Assembly: GCA_035565295.1 (NCBI GenBank) | Contig: DATMSP010000028.1 | Location: 91,386-155,385 of the forward strand | From: Cellvibrio sp. | GTDB taxonomy: Bacteria; Pseudomonadota; Gammaproteobacteria; Pseudomonadales; Cellvibrionaceae | DNA: 64,000 nt | Reading direction: 5' to 3' | Shown: in pieces, positions 1 to 9,836 of the stretch | Layout: each line of letters begins with the position of its first letter | How positions within the stretch are numbered: the first letter of the stretch is position 1 | The notes under the pieces: model-generated | Told to the model about the DNA's origin: nothing | The model's database searches: none | What the model saw: only the letters and a program-made list of their open reading frames with translations | Program-made: the position numbers and the translations under genes

Positions 1-27
1 ATTGCAGGGATAAATCGAGAATCATTC

Positions 28-576
28 ATGTATTTCCAGCTAACAAGAGATAAATTTTTCGAGGTGGGTATAGTTGAGCCTGAAGACTTGCCCCTGGAGT
101 TAAGTTTTATATCGGGCTCCGTTATCACTCAAGTGGCCGATGCTCCCTGGACATTTATGACTAACGCATCCGCCAGGGAGTTCTTGCCGGATTTTTCAGG
201 AGGCAGCATTCCAGTAATGTCGCAGCGTTTGCTCAGCCTGCTTGAACAGGCAGGTGTCGACAACCTGCAAAAATTTCCTATTCTCGTTAAGAGTGAAGTG
301 AATGGGACTATTTGGGATGGATATTTTGCCGTGAATGTTGTGGGAGTGGTTCAATGTGCAGACCTGCCTAAATCTGAATATGATGAGATAGGCCCTGACT
401 TGTATGATTTCGATGTTTTGGCGATAGATGCCAATCGAACAAAGGGAGCTTTATTATTTCGCCTTCAGGAGAGCCCATCCAGGCTTATTATGCATAAAAG
501 TGTTGGCAAATATATTATGGAAAATGACCTCAGAAATACTTTAACAGGATGGGATGTCGAAGAGATCATCCAATAA
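28..576 (+). CDS. Imm11/DUF1629-family immunity protein
   Basis: Motifs PDF..gsIPVMSQRL, GVDNLQKFPI, YFAVNVVGVVQC and LFRLQE match the Imm11/DUF1629 pattern; paralogous to 592..1146 and 8989..9600. Confidence 0.75.
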   Translation: MYFQLTRDKFFEVGIVEPEDLPLELSFISGSVITQVADAPWTFMTNASAREFLPDFSGGSIPVMSQRLLSLLEQAGVDNLQKFPILVKSEVNGTIWDGYFAVNVVGVVQCADLPKSEYDEIGPDLYDFDVLAIDANRTKGALLFRLQESPSRLIMHKSVGKYIMENDLRNTLTGWDVEEIIQ

Positions 577-591
577 CGAATAGGATTGGCT

Positions 592-1146
592 ATGTTTTAT
601 TTTCTCAGGGAAAACCTTTTTGATGATCTTGGCCTGATACAACTGGAAGGGCATACGGTTGAAACTGCTGCGCTGGACTGGATTGATGGACAGAAGTTCA
701 GTGCCCCCCTTCCGCTGCAAACATTGATACTCGACCCCCAGTATGGCAATAACTTTCCCGATTTTTTTGATACCACCGTGCCAGTCATGTCCGGGCGGCT
801 AGCCTCATTCTTACGGAAGTACGGCGCAGACAATATAGATGCCTATCCTGTAATGCTACACAACAAGGCTTCCGGTGAGTATGTGTCAGATTATTTTGCG
901 GTCAATATTATTGGTTGCTTTAATGCTGCCAAACTTGAGGAATCGCAATACCGTTTGCGTTTCGGCAAACCTTATTTTACCGGACGCATTGCCTTAGATA
1001 ATTCGCTGACACCAGCGTTGCCTTGCTTCCGCTTGCTTTATGGGCCAGGGCTTATCGTTATTTCTCAGCATATTGCTGAGATGCTTGCCAGAGAAACCTG
1101 GACGGGGATATTGGTGCAGGCAACTGAGGACTACGCAGGAGTCTGA
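592..1146 (+). CDS. Imm11/DUF1629-family immunity protein
   Basis: PDFFDTTVPVMSGRL, GADNIDAYPV, YFAVNIIG, FRL...IVIS; ATG at 592 follows an AGGA RBS (ORF track starts at 586). Confidence 0.75.
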   Translation: MFYFLRENLFDDLGLIQLEGHTVETAALDWIDGQKFSAPLPLQTLILDPQYGNNFPDFFDTTVPVMSGRLASFLRKYGADNIDAYPVMLHNKASGEYVSDYFAVNIIGCFNAAKLEESQYRLRFGKPYFTGRIALDNSLTPALPCFRLLYGPGLIVISQHIAEMLARETWTGILVQATEDYAGV

Positions 1147-1157
1147 ACAGAATAATC

Positions 1158-1305
1158 CTAGGGAACCTCTGAAAAATTACCTGCGTTGCCATCGCGGCGT
1201 TAAAAACAGGCTAAAAATGCTCATTTAGTGCCCCTAAACTCCGCTTTTTAGTCTGTTTTTGCCTTGCGCTGGCCGCCTCGCCAACATTTTTCAGAGGTTC
1301 CCTAG
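1158..1305. mobile_element. MITE with IS5-type ends (140 bp plus CTAG duplication)
   Basis: ctag-GGAACCTCTGAAAAAT at 1158-1177 is a perfect inverted repeat of ATTTTTCAGAGGTTCC-ctag at 1286-1305; the interior is also an imperfect palindrome; no transposase. Confidence 0.8.
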
Positions 1306-1487
1306 CTGCAAATATTACCTGCACCTGAAAAGCAAAGAGAATGCGAGGGAATTTTTTACTAAAACTGCTTTTCAATATATTGAAACGGCTCTTTACAAAA
1401 ATTTTATCGCTTTCACCCAATACCGCGATGCACATCAGGCATTGAGTGAAAGCCACTTTAAAATATTGCACTCCAACGCAAGACGGC

Positions 1488-2819
1488 TTATTGCTTTTTA
1501 ACAGGCTCAAGGTTGATGCCGAGCAACGCAAGTACCGTCTTTTCGGGGAAGCCATCCGCTATCAGGCCTTGTTGATGCTGGAACTCGCCGATAGCCCGAC
1601 GAGTTCCCGGGCCGAAGATGCCATCAGGTATACCTGCATCAAAGCCTTTTTGATTGAGATTCTCCTGCAGTTTTATAACCTGATCGCGATGCAGGCGCGG
1701 TGCATCTTCCGGTGGAGGTTGCTGCAGTCGTTCAGCGCCCGCGATGCGATCGGCAAGATAGCCGACAGCGATGGCGTAAAACTCTGAGCGATTCCAGCGC
1801 ATGATCACATTAAAATTATCGTATACCAAAAACACAGGACCTTTGTGCCCCGAGGGTACCAGCAGCGAAGCCTGCACATCGGTTTGCGGCAGCGGAGTGT
1901 TATCTGCACGCATAACACCGAGCCTGCTCCATTCAGAGAGAGATTTGCTATTTTTCAAGCCTGCTTCCAAAAAGGGGAAGGACAATGGCAATTTGACTTC
2001 GCGACCCCAGCGCTCACTGGGATGCCAGCCCAGACTTTGCAGGAATTTTGCCGCTGATGCCATAGCATCGGGCGTGCTGTTCCAGAGATCGCGCTTGTTA
2101 TCGCCATCGTAATCCACCGCATGCTTCAAAAAAGCCGAGGGCATAAATTGTACATGCCCCATGGCTCCTGCCCATGACCCCAACATTTTCTCAGGCGTAA
2201 TCGCACCCTCATCAATAATGCGCAAAGCGGAAATTAATTCAGCGGTGAAATAATCACTTCGCCGCTGATCGCAGGCCAGGGTTGCCAGCGAATTCATCAC
2301 GGACATATTGCCAAAAAAACTGCCGTAGTTTGTTTCGAGCCCCCAAAACGCCAACAGGTAAGGCGCCGGTACACCATATTGTTGTGCGACTGCATCAAGC
2401 AGTGCGCGATGCTTTACCAGTAGCGCTCGCCCCTGCTCAACACGTTGAGTTGTCACGCGGCGATTCAGGTAATCAGCAAAGGTTGTGGTAAATTCTGGCT
2501 GTTGGCGATCCAATTCCAATACGCGCGGACTCAGGCTGGCCCTGGCCAGACTGTTGGCAATAGTACCCGGGGAAATCCCAGCCAACCTGGCTTTCTCCGA
2601 AAGCGAATTAACGCAAGCGGAAAATTCAGCGGCCGAGATCAGGGGTACAGCCTTGGCCATTTGCAGGGTAGTTGTATTGGTCGCTACTCGCGCCGAAGCC
2701 TCTGCTGCAGAGGTATTTTGTGTAAGCTTAGCCTCGATTATTGCAGGGTCGGCAACTTGCGCACAGGCAACCAGACTTATGCAGCAGACAAAGGGTAAAA
2801 CACTTGCTATCACTTTCAT
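1488..2819 (-). CDS. Lytic murein transglycosylase (MltB/SltB family) with C-terminal peptidoglycan-binding domain; probable lipoprotein
   Basis: WGLETNYG, GSWAGAMGHVQFMPS, DYDGDNKRD EF-hand, DGIFGPGTRRAI PG-binding motif; LVAC lipobox; ATG 2819 follows GGAG. Confidence 0.9.
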   Translation of the reverse strand: MKVIASVLPFVCCISLVACAQVADPAIIEAKLTQNTSAAEASARVATNTTTLQMAKAVPLISAAEFSACVNSLSEKARLAGISPGTIANSLARASLSPRVLELDRQQPEFTTTFADYLNRRVTTQRVEQGRALLVKHRALLDAVAQQYGVPAPYLLAFWGLETNYGSFFGNMSVMNSLATLACDQRRSDYFTAELISALRIIDEGAITPEKMLGSWAGAMGHVQFMPSAFLKHAVDYDGDNKRDLWNSTPDAMASAAKFLQSLGWHPSERWGREVKLPLSFPFLEAGLKNSKSLSEWSRLGVMRADNTPLPQTDVQASLLVPSGHKGPVFLVYDNFNVIMRWNRSEFYAIAVGYLADRIAGAERLQQPPPEDAPRLHRDQVIKLQENLNQKGFDAGIPDGIFGPGTRRAIGEFQHQQGLIADGFPEKTVLALLGINLEPVKKQ

Positions 2820-3142
2820 AACCACTCCGAATACGTGAGAACGCCTGGACAACTAACCGGCTCAACTTCGCACAATGAAAAACCGGTTTAAAAGGCTCCA
2901 CTTGTTCTTAATACCGCTTTCTTATTGTTTTCCCTGCACAGACTTTTACATCTATCTTTGGCAAAGGTTCCCTGCCACTGCCTATTGCTTGCCGCCAAGA
3001 GAAGCTCGGTAGGAGCAGAGGGCATTCAATCAAACACTTATTTTCTGACTATATCGCAATTGATGTCGCCCTTTAATGGGCTCTTGCCTTAAGGCCTGTT
3101 GACACATCAACAGGAGAAGCAGTTAACTGCGCGAAATGGCCA

Positions 3143-3925
3143 TTACTCTTTAGTCAATTGCAAATAGGGTTTGCTGGCACAGCTGATGGGGAAATCACCG
3201 CCCTCGACTATCTCGTAGATGAGGAGAGAGTCCGCTTGCCAGGTGTAGCCAAAACGTTTGGGATTGCCATCGGCATCCTTTAGATCGGTGGAGACATAAG
3301 GGCAGCCTGCCTCACTTGAGTCCAGGACCAATTCATATGAAAACCTCAGGTTCGGCCAGGTAGCTGTGCCCTCTTCGCTGAATTCATAATGATTGCCCTT
3401 GGCATCTTTATATTTTCCGGCGAGAAGCAGCGTGTTTGCGTATTGAGGCAAAGACGATGGTATTTTTATAAAAGGCTCATCGATTTGCTCGGCAATCTCT
3501 CCCTCAATAAAGTTCAACTCTCCCTCTTCGATAGCAAAAGCAACATAACCTGCAGAGGTGTCGGGGTCCTCAGGCTGTGAAACCACCATAAAATAGTGAT
3601 CGTTCTCCACTCCACTGCTATAAATTTCTCTCCAGTAGCTTTCGTGGAAATTTGTCCATGTAAATCTTTCTTCTTCTCTATTGATTTCAAAGGATTCCGG
3701 GTTTGCTGCAAATGGCGTTTTGTTGGCTTTCAGGGATAGCAAATATTTCTTCGAGACCCAAACACCATCGATGTCCTCGGGCAATTTACTTGCTGCCGAA
3801 GAGGCTGATGCATTGTCAGCGACAATGTTTTCAGCCTGCTTATGATTTTCCCTGGGCGTACAGCCAAGGCACGACGCCAATAGCACTACCGCCAGCAGGG
3901 CAAACTTTTTACTCGAAAAAACCAT
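3143..3925 (-). CDS. Hypothetical lipoprotein
   Basis: Long ORF with signal peptide KKFALLAVVLLASCLGC; RBS GGAGAAGG precedes ATG 3925. Confidence 0.7.
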   Translation of the reverse strand: MVFSSKKFALLAVVLLASCLGCTPRENHKQAENIVADNASASSAASKLPEDIDGVWVSKKYLLSLKANKTPFAANPESFEINREEERFTWTNFHESYWREIYSSGVENDHYFMVVSQPEDPDTSAGYVAFAIEEGELNFIEGEIAEQIDEPFIKIPSSLPQYANTLLLAGKYKDAKGNHYEFSEEGTATWPNLRFSYELVLDSSEAGCPYVSTDLKDADGNPKRFGYTWQADSLLIYEIVEGGDFPISCASKPYLQLTKE

Positions 3926-4340
3926 CACCTTCTCCAAAACCATAGCAGCCAACGGTCTGCCTACCAATGCAAAAATACGTTAAATTATTGCGATATAGCT
4001 GCTGAATAGCAAACACTAGATCGCTCCAAGCTGTTTTAATTTCAGCACTCTCTGCTGAATTTTAACTCCGCCCATGGGCTAGAGGACATTTCCGCAGGCA
4101 TGTCTCCACGACAGACTGCCAGTCACAATTCACCCGCAATCTAATAACAATGGGGCTTTGACAGATATCGCCCTTTTATGAATATTGACCTTGGCATAAT
4201 TATTGAGCACATTGGGGGCAGTCGACGAACATTCAGCGAACACCGCGAACAACCCCAGAAACTTGCGCGACTGATGAGGGTCAGAAACTCCAATCATCTA
4301 GAACCTTCAAGCCCCATAAGATTTTTCCTAAGGATCGATT

Positions 4341-6455
4341 ATGCGTTATTGCCGTTTTCTAATGGGTTTGCTCCTGCTGTTGGAGGCGAGAGCATCTTAC
4401 GCCCTTAGCGAACACGCGACCACTGAGCAGGTGACCGCGCAGCTGGTTGCATCTGTCGATGCTGTTTATCCCGGCAGCGACATCTACCTGGGAGTCCACC
4501 AGAAAATCATTCCCCACTGGCACACCTACTGGCTCAACCCCGGCGGCTCCGGCATGGCCACCAGCATCCGCTGGACACTACCGGAAGGCGCCAGTGCCGG
4601 GGATATTCTCTGGCCGACTCCCGGTCGCACGCGGCTCGGCACAGTGATTAACTACAGCTATTCCGATGAAGTTACCCTGCTCAACAAAATAACAATTCCC
4701 GCTCACGCAGAGATCGGCAGCGACTTTATTGCCGAAGCCCATGTCGAGTGGCTGGTCTGCAAAGAGGAGTGCATTCCCCAGGAAGTGCAACTGCGTCTGC
4801 GCCTGCCCATTGTGGGTCGCGATAGCGCAACCGGCTCCGGCAGCCCACTGATTGAGCAGGGGCTGGCGCGGTTGCCTGTCGCCAGCCCCTGGCCAATTGG
4901 TATCCTTCGCACAGAGACAGGGTTCGAACTGCAACTAGGTTTGCCGCAAGCCCAGGCGGGACAAATTAAAGACGCCTGGTTTTATCCCGCCGATTGGGGC
5001 GCGATTGTGCAAAATATCGATCAAGCCATCACCATAGACGCTAGCGGCATCAGCCTGCAACTGCAGCACGGTGAAGCCCCGCTCAATGCCGATCAAGTAT
5101 TGCGCGGAGTATTGGTCATTACCGAACAGACAGCTCAGGGTGAAGTCGCCACAGGCTTTGCCATTGCGCAGATCCCAAGCGGGGCACAGGTACAAACCAC
5201 TATAGGTTTTCTCTCTGCGCTGCTGCTGGCACTGGCCGGCGGTTTGATTTTGAACCTGATGCCCTGTGTCTTTCCCGTGCTATCACTAAAAGCCTTATCC
5301 CTGGTCAGTCACGCGCAGACCTCATCGCTGCAGATCCGTCTGCAGGGCTGGGCATACACGGCGGGCGTACTGGCGAGCTTTGCCCTGCTGGCAGCGGCAT
5401 TGGTGATATTGAAAGCGGGTGGAGCCGAAATAGGCTGGGGGTTCCAATTCCAATCGCCACTGTTTGTACTGGCCATGGCTTATCTGATGTTTTTGGTCGG
5501 GCTGAATCTCTCTGGTGTCTTTATTATTGGCGGCGGCATTGCAGGCGCTGGCTCAGCCCTGGCAGCGCGATCCGGCTATAGCGGCAGCTTTTTTACCGGC
5601 GTGCTCGCCACTCTGGTGGCTACCCCCTGCACCGCGCCCTTTATGGCGGCGGCACTGGGTTATGCCCTGACCCAACCCACGGCGAAATTATTTGCGATTT
5701 TCCTCAGCCTTGGCTTTGGCCTGGCACTGCCCTACCTGCTGCTGGCGAACTGGCCGCGATTGCAGCGCTGGCTGCCGCGCCCCGGACTCTGGATGGAGCG
5801 CACCAAGCAAGCCCTGGCCTTCCCCATGTATGCCGCCGCAGCCTGGCTGGTCTGGGTGCTGGCGCAGCAGGTGGACACCAATGCAATTCTGCTCGCCCTG
5901 GGCGGCATGGTCGCACTAGCCTTTGCCGCCTGGCTTTACCAGACAACCCGCAACACTAGCACCGGCACTGAGCGACTGGGCACAGGCGGCGCAGTAGCCA
6001 CAGCGCTACTGACACTGGCAATCGGATATGCAGGTATTGATAGCAACAAAACCCCAGGCAGCACCAGCGAAGTGGCACAGACAGAGCGCAATTGGGAAAG
6101 CTATTCGGCCGAGCGCTTGCAGCAGTTGCGCGCAGAGGGAAAACCGCTATTCCTCAACTTCACCGCATCCTGGTGTATCAGTTGCCTGGTCAACGAGCAG
6201 GTGGCACTCAGTCATGCCGATGTTAAAAATGCTTTTAAAACAGCAGGCATCACCTATCTGAAAGGCGACTGGACCAAACGCGATCCAGCCATTACCGCAA
6301 TACTCACCCAATTCGGTCGCAGCGGCGTGCCGCTGTATGTGTTTTATCCCGCAGGCAGCAACAGCCATCCTATAGAACTGCCGCAGATACTCACCCCGGA
6401 TATTGTGCTCACCACACTGGCTTCACCCCAACAACCCCCAACATCAAACCCATGA
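4341..6455 (+). CDS. DsbD-family thiol:disulfide interchange protein
   Basis: N-terminal WHTYWxNPG...CKEECIP, transmembrane LNLMPCVFPVL and ATPCTAPF, C-terminal thioredoxin WCISC. Confidence 0.92.
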   Translation: MRYCRFLMGLLLLLEARASYALSEHATTEQVTAQLVASVDAVYPGSDIYLGVHQKIIPHWHTYWLNPGGSGMATSIRWTLPEGASAGDILWPTPGRTRLGTVINYSYSDEVTLLNKITIPAHAEIGSDFIAEAHVEWLVCKEECIPQEVQLRLRLPIVGRDSATGSGSPLIEQGLARLPVASPWPIGILRTETGFELQLGLPQAQAGQIKDAWFYPADWGAIVQNIDQAITIDASGISLQLQHGEAPLNADQVLRGVLVITEQTAQGEVATGFAIAQIPSGAQVQTTIGFLSALLLALAGGLILNLMPCVFPVLSLKALSLVSHAQTSSLQIRLQGWAYTAGVLASFALLAAALVILKAGGAEIGWGFQFQSPLFVLAMAYLMFLVGLNLSGVFIIGGGIAGAGSALAARSGYSGSFFTGVLATLVATPCTAPFMAAALGYALTQPTAKLFAIFLSLGFGLALPYLLLANWPRLQRWLPRPGLWMERTKQALAFPMYAAAAWLVWVLAQQVDTNAILLALGGMVALAFAAWLYQTTRNTSTGTERLGTGGAVATALLTLAIGYAGIDSNKTPGSTSEVAQTERNWESYSAERLQQLRAEGKPLFLNFTASWCISCLVNEQVALSHADVKNAFKTAGITYLKGDWTKRDPAITAILTQFGRSGVPLYVFYPAGSNSHPIELPQILTPDIVLTTLASPQQPPTSNP

Positions 6456-6466
6456 GGAAACTGACT

Positions 6467-7084
6467 ATGCTTTTACGAAAACTTGCTTCCAGCGCCCTGT
6501 TGGCCGTTGCCCTGATCGGCAGCCACGCCTTTGCCGAACCTGCTGTTGATCAAGCAGCGCCAAACTTTAGCGGAAAGACAGCCGATGGAAAAACCATCAG
6601 CCTGGCAGATCTGAAGGGCAAAACCGTGGTGCTTGAGTGGACCAACAATGAGTGCCCCTTTGTGAAAAAGCATTATGATAACAGCGGCAATATTCCCGCC
6701 CTGCAAAAGGAGTTCACCGCGAAGGATGTAGTCTGGCTGCAAGTGATCTCATCTGCAGAGGGCAAGCAGGGTTATGTCGATGGCCCCACCGCTATCAAAT
6801 TAAATCAGCAGCGCAATGCAGTACCCAGCAACACCCTGCTTGATCCCGAAGGCACACTGGCAAAACTTTATGGTGCGCAAACCAGTCCGCATTTTTTCAT
6901 TATCAATGATAAGGGTACATTGGTGTACAAAGGTGGCATAGACAGTATCCAATCCAGCAAAGCTGAAGATATTGCAAAGGCCACCAATTATGTGCGCGAA
7001 GCCTTGACGGCAGTGGCAGCGGGCAAAAAGGTCCCTCACCCCAGCACCAAACCCTATGGTTGCGGGATCAAATTTGCCGGTTGA
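6467..7084 (+). CDS. Secreted thioredoxin-like/AhpC-TSA redoxin
   Basis: Signal peptide, VVLEWTNNECPFVKKHY, PYGCGIK C-terminus; abuts dsbD. Confidence 0.88.
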   Translation: MLLRKLASSALLAVALIGSHAFAEPAVDQAAPNFSGKTADGKTISLADLKGKTVVLEWTNNECPFVKKHYDNSGNIPALQKEFTAKDVVWLQVISSAEGKQGYVDGPTAIKLNQQRNAVPSNTLLDPEGTLAKLYGAQTSPHFFIINDKGTLVYKGGIDSIQSSKAEDIAKATNYVREALTAVAAGKKVPHPSTKPYGCGIKFAG

Positions 7085-7107
7085 TCAATTCATTCTGGCA
7101 CTCGAAT

Positions 7108-7137
7108 AAAAATGGAGGCCTTCAGCCTCCATTTTTT
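7108..7137. terminator. Bidirectional intrinsic terminator
   Basis: aaaaatggaggc-cttca-gcctccattttt between convergent genes. Confidence 0.85.
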
Positions 7138-7169
7138 AGTTCGGATATAGCAAAACCTTCTGCGAAGGG

Positions 7170-7703
7170 TTAACGCGATAGCTGAACAAATTCGTCTCGC
7201 AACATGGAATAGACAAAAGTATCCAGATAACAACCCTTGACGAATATAGCACCCCTGGCAACGCCCTCTTTTGTATAGCCAGCTTTTATTGCAACCTTCT
7301 CACAGGCTTTATGCTCCATCGGCATACATATTTGAATGCGATTGATGGGCAGGCCCTCAAACAGATATTGTGTCAGCAGCTTTACCGCTTCGGTAGCCAG
7401 GCCCTTATTTTTGCTGTCGCTGGAAAAAATGGAAAAACCCAGCTCGCGCGCAGAAGAATAATGCACAGTGCTGAAATGCCCAATAACACCGAGAATCTGG
7501 TTTGTCAGATCGGTAATAACAAACAATTCACTGGATTCTGACGAAAAGCCATTCGCCTCGAACTCCTTTTTGAAGGCTGATGGCGATTTTAGCAAAGTCC
7601 TTACATAATCCCCTTTAAGCTCAGCATTATTGGCAAAATAAACTAAAGTCTCTAAATCCGGCAACTGGGCATAACGGAGAATAACCTCTTTACCTTTTAT
7701 CAA
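7170..7703 (-). CDS. GNAT acetyltransferase (RimJ/RimL-like)
   Basis: ELGFSI...KGLATEAV, KVAIKAGYTKEG; start uncertain (TTG 7703 after GAGGA, or 7745). Confidence 0.85.
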   Translation of the reverse strand: MIKGKEVILRYAQLPDLETLVYFANNAELKGDYVRTLLKSPSAFKKEFEANGFSSESSELFVITDLTNQILGVIGHFSTVHYSSARELGFSIFSSDSKNKGLATEAVKLLTQYLFEGLPINRIQICMPMEHKACEKVAIKAGYTKEGVARGAIFVKGCYLDTFVYSMLRDEFVQLSR

Positions 7704-7766
7704 CAGCACGTCCTCTTTTACGTGGCTTGCCGCATTGCAAGCCACAATCTAATCAATGTATGAGTT

Positions 7767-8126
7767 TTATTTTCCTCCGAAGCGAGTATTGAACTCCTGG
7801 TCGCTCATCACTAACAACAGTATGAATTCGATAAAGGCAATAACAAAGGGGATAAACGTCCAGAAAAACAGCAGATACAAAATCCCCATACCAATCTGGC
7901 CAAGATAGAATTTGTGGATACCAAAACCACCCACAAAAAAAGCCAGCAAGGCAGCAGCTATTCTATTTTTGCCATTGGCTGCAGTTGCCCCAAAGGGCGA
8001 TGGCACGGGCGCTTGCCTAACCCCACACTTAGGGCAGATTTCCGCTTTTATTTTTATGATTTCACCGCAATCACTGCAAAATTTTTCATCCAATGCCTTG
8101 GATCTTGGCGTAGAGGATTCATTCAT
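7767..8126 (-). CDS. TM2-domain membrane protein with N-terminal zinc ribbon
   Basis: FCSDCG...CPKCG; KNRIAAALLAFFVGGFGIHKFYLG. Confidence 0.9.
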   Translation of the reverse strand: MNESSTPRSKALDEKFCSDCGEIIKIKAEICPKCGVRQAPVPSPFGATAANGKNRIAAALLAFFVGGFGIHKFYLGQIGMGILYLLFFWTFIPFVIAFIEFILLLVMSDQEFNTRFGGK

Positions 8127-8147
8127 ATTACTTTCCTTGCTGTTGAG

Positions 8148-8384
8148 TTAATCGGGATACATGTGGTGCGACCAATATTGCATGGCCGCCACCTCTTGCT
8201 CAGTCCAACTATGAGCACAACCATTGCAAATATAATGGCGAACAGAAAAGCCGGACTCCGTTTTTGCGCTATCCACCAGGGTAAATTGGCAACCGTAACT
8301 ATTGAGCTGTCCAATAGTGGTGCCTCTGGGGCGGTTTGCCAACTCTATAAATTTACATGGACATTTGAGATTCTCGATCACCAC
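8148..8384 (-). CDS. Small Cys-rich hypothetical protein
   Basis: 78-aa ORF co-oriented with its neighbours; CPC and YICNGC..SW motifs. Confidence 0.45.
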   Translation of the reverse strand: MVIENLKCPCKFIELANRPRGTTIGQLNSYGCQFTLVDSAKTESGFSVRHYICNGCAHSWTEQEVAAMQYWSHHMYPD

Positions 8385-8542
8385 CCTCTGGGTATTGAAT
8401 TCCCAAAGCTCTTGCCATTCTATCGAGCCGGATAGGTATTCATCAAGCCTGACAAAGGCAGGCCTGCCTCCCTTTCAAAATCATTTATCCAATGCTTATA
8501 TCGCGGTGTGAGGGTATTGCTTTTATCAGTTGCCATATAAAT

Positions 8543-8980
8543 TCAACCCTTATTCGATACTTGCATTTCAAAAGTGGCTTCAGTTTCGGCATAGGTTTTA
8601 AAGCCGAGGAATTCATAGAGATTTCTTGCCGGGTTTGACTTAAAGACACTGAGCTTAATTCCAGCTTTTTTAGCAACAGCATCTTCCATAATAGCAGCAA
8701 TGATGGATCTACCTATACCCTTCCCCTGAAGCGAAGGAATCAACTGGATTTGCACCAAGTCCCAGACATCCCCCTCTCTGACGACTTTCAGCAAACCGGC
8801 ATCAATGTGGTTACAAATAATTATTTGCGCGCAATCAAAGCGATAGTGAATCCTTTGCCAATGGCTGTCCTCACTGGGAAACAAACCCGCGCGGATGATA
8901 TGGGCATCCATCGTCTGTCTGCGCAGATCCATTAAAAATGGCAAATCGCTATCCTGGGCACGCCTGAAATAAAAATCCAT
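8543..8980 (-). CDS. GNAT acetyltransferase
   Basis: QGKGIGRSI motif A; LSVFKSNPARNLYEFLGF. Confidence 0.9.
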   Translation of the reverse strand: MDFYFRRAQDSDLPFLMDLRRQTMDAHIIRAGLFPSEDSHWQRIHYRFDCAQIIICNHIDAGLLKVVREGDVWDLVQIQLIPSLQGKGIGRSIIAAIMEDAVAKKAGIKLSVFKSNPARNLYEFLGFKTYAETEATFEMQVSNKG

Positions 8981-8988
8981 CCTCCCCC

Positions 8989-9600
8989 CTATAACTGCCT
9001 GATCTCTTCAAAAAAAATATCCGTGTAGCCTTTTTTTATGAGATGTTGAAAAACTCGCTCACTGACCAATATATAGGAAGTATCTTCATGCAGCAGAAAT
9101 AAATCACGCGACCCCACTCTAGCGGCATCTATCACCAGTTCATTGATAAAGTTCATAGAATCGCAAGGGTCTCCCTCAGCAGCAGCGTCATTCAAGCGCT
9201 CAGTATCCGATTGGTCCATTACCGCGCATGACACACGGCCAATAATATTAAGCAGCAGGTAATCCTCTATGGTTTTTCCATTTTCTTCGTCCTTTATGAT
9301 TACCGGATGCATTTCAATATTATCTATACCGATTTCTACAAGGTCTCGATAAAACTGCCTGGTGCCGATTAGCGAAGGGGACATAAAGAAGGTGGGAAAC
9401 ACTCCCGTTGAATCCTCATCGTCAAGCTCACATATCAACGGTCCCTTAAACGCTTCGCCACTGTCATTGGAGGTATAATCCACAAGAAAATCGCCGGTAT
9501 TCATCTGCAGATAACGATGACTCCGTTTATAAAGGCAGGCCCGTTCCCGTCCATCCAGATCCTTTAACAGAACCTTATTTGACATTTGATAATATTTCAT
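8989..9600 (-). CDS. Imm11/DUF1629-family immunity protein
   Basis: GIDNIEMHPVII, YLLLNIIGRVSC, LVID...DLFLLHE...ILVSER. Confidence 0.75.
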   Translation of the reverse strand: MKYYQMSNKVLLKDLDGRERACLYKRSHRYLQMNTGDFLVDYTSNDSGEAFKGPLICELDDEDSTGVFPTFFMSPSLIGTRQFYRDLVEIGIDNIEMHPVIIKDEENGKTIEDYLLLNIIGRVSCAVMDQSDTERLNDAAAEGDPCDSMNFINELVIDAARVGSRDLFLLHEDTSYILVSERVFQHLIKKGYTDIFFEEIRQL

Positions 9601-9836
9601 AAGCATGCTGTCCTAATGGTATCCACCCCGCCGGCAAGAAAGAGAAAACACCCTGCACCCGTTCGCAAGCCGCAATTACCGAGTAAAAACCAGCGAAAAA
9701 ACATATGGCGGGAGGCATTGGATGCTTTAAGTAGAAATTTATTGGCACCTTTCTTAAAGCACACCCGCACCTTGGCTTTAGTCAAATTGAAATGCTTTTT
9801 TGCAGTATTATTGCTATGCAACACCTCAGCAAAAAA

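Noticed and set aside
8353-8418. Minus-strand MARALGIQYPEG resembles the N-terminus of RAYT/Y1 transposases
   Set aside because: It stops after 21 codons, has no RBS or HUH motif, and overlaps another ORF; chance cannot be excluded
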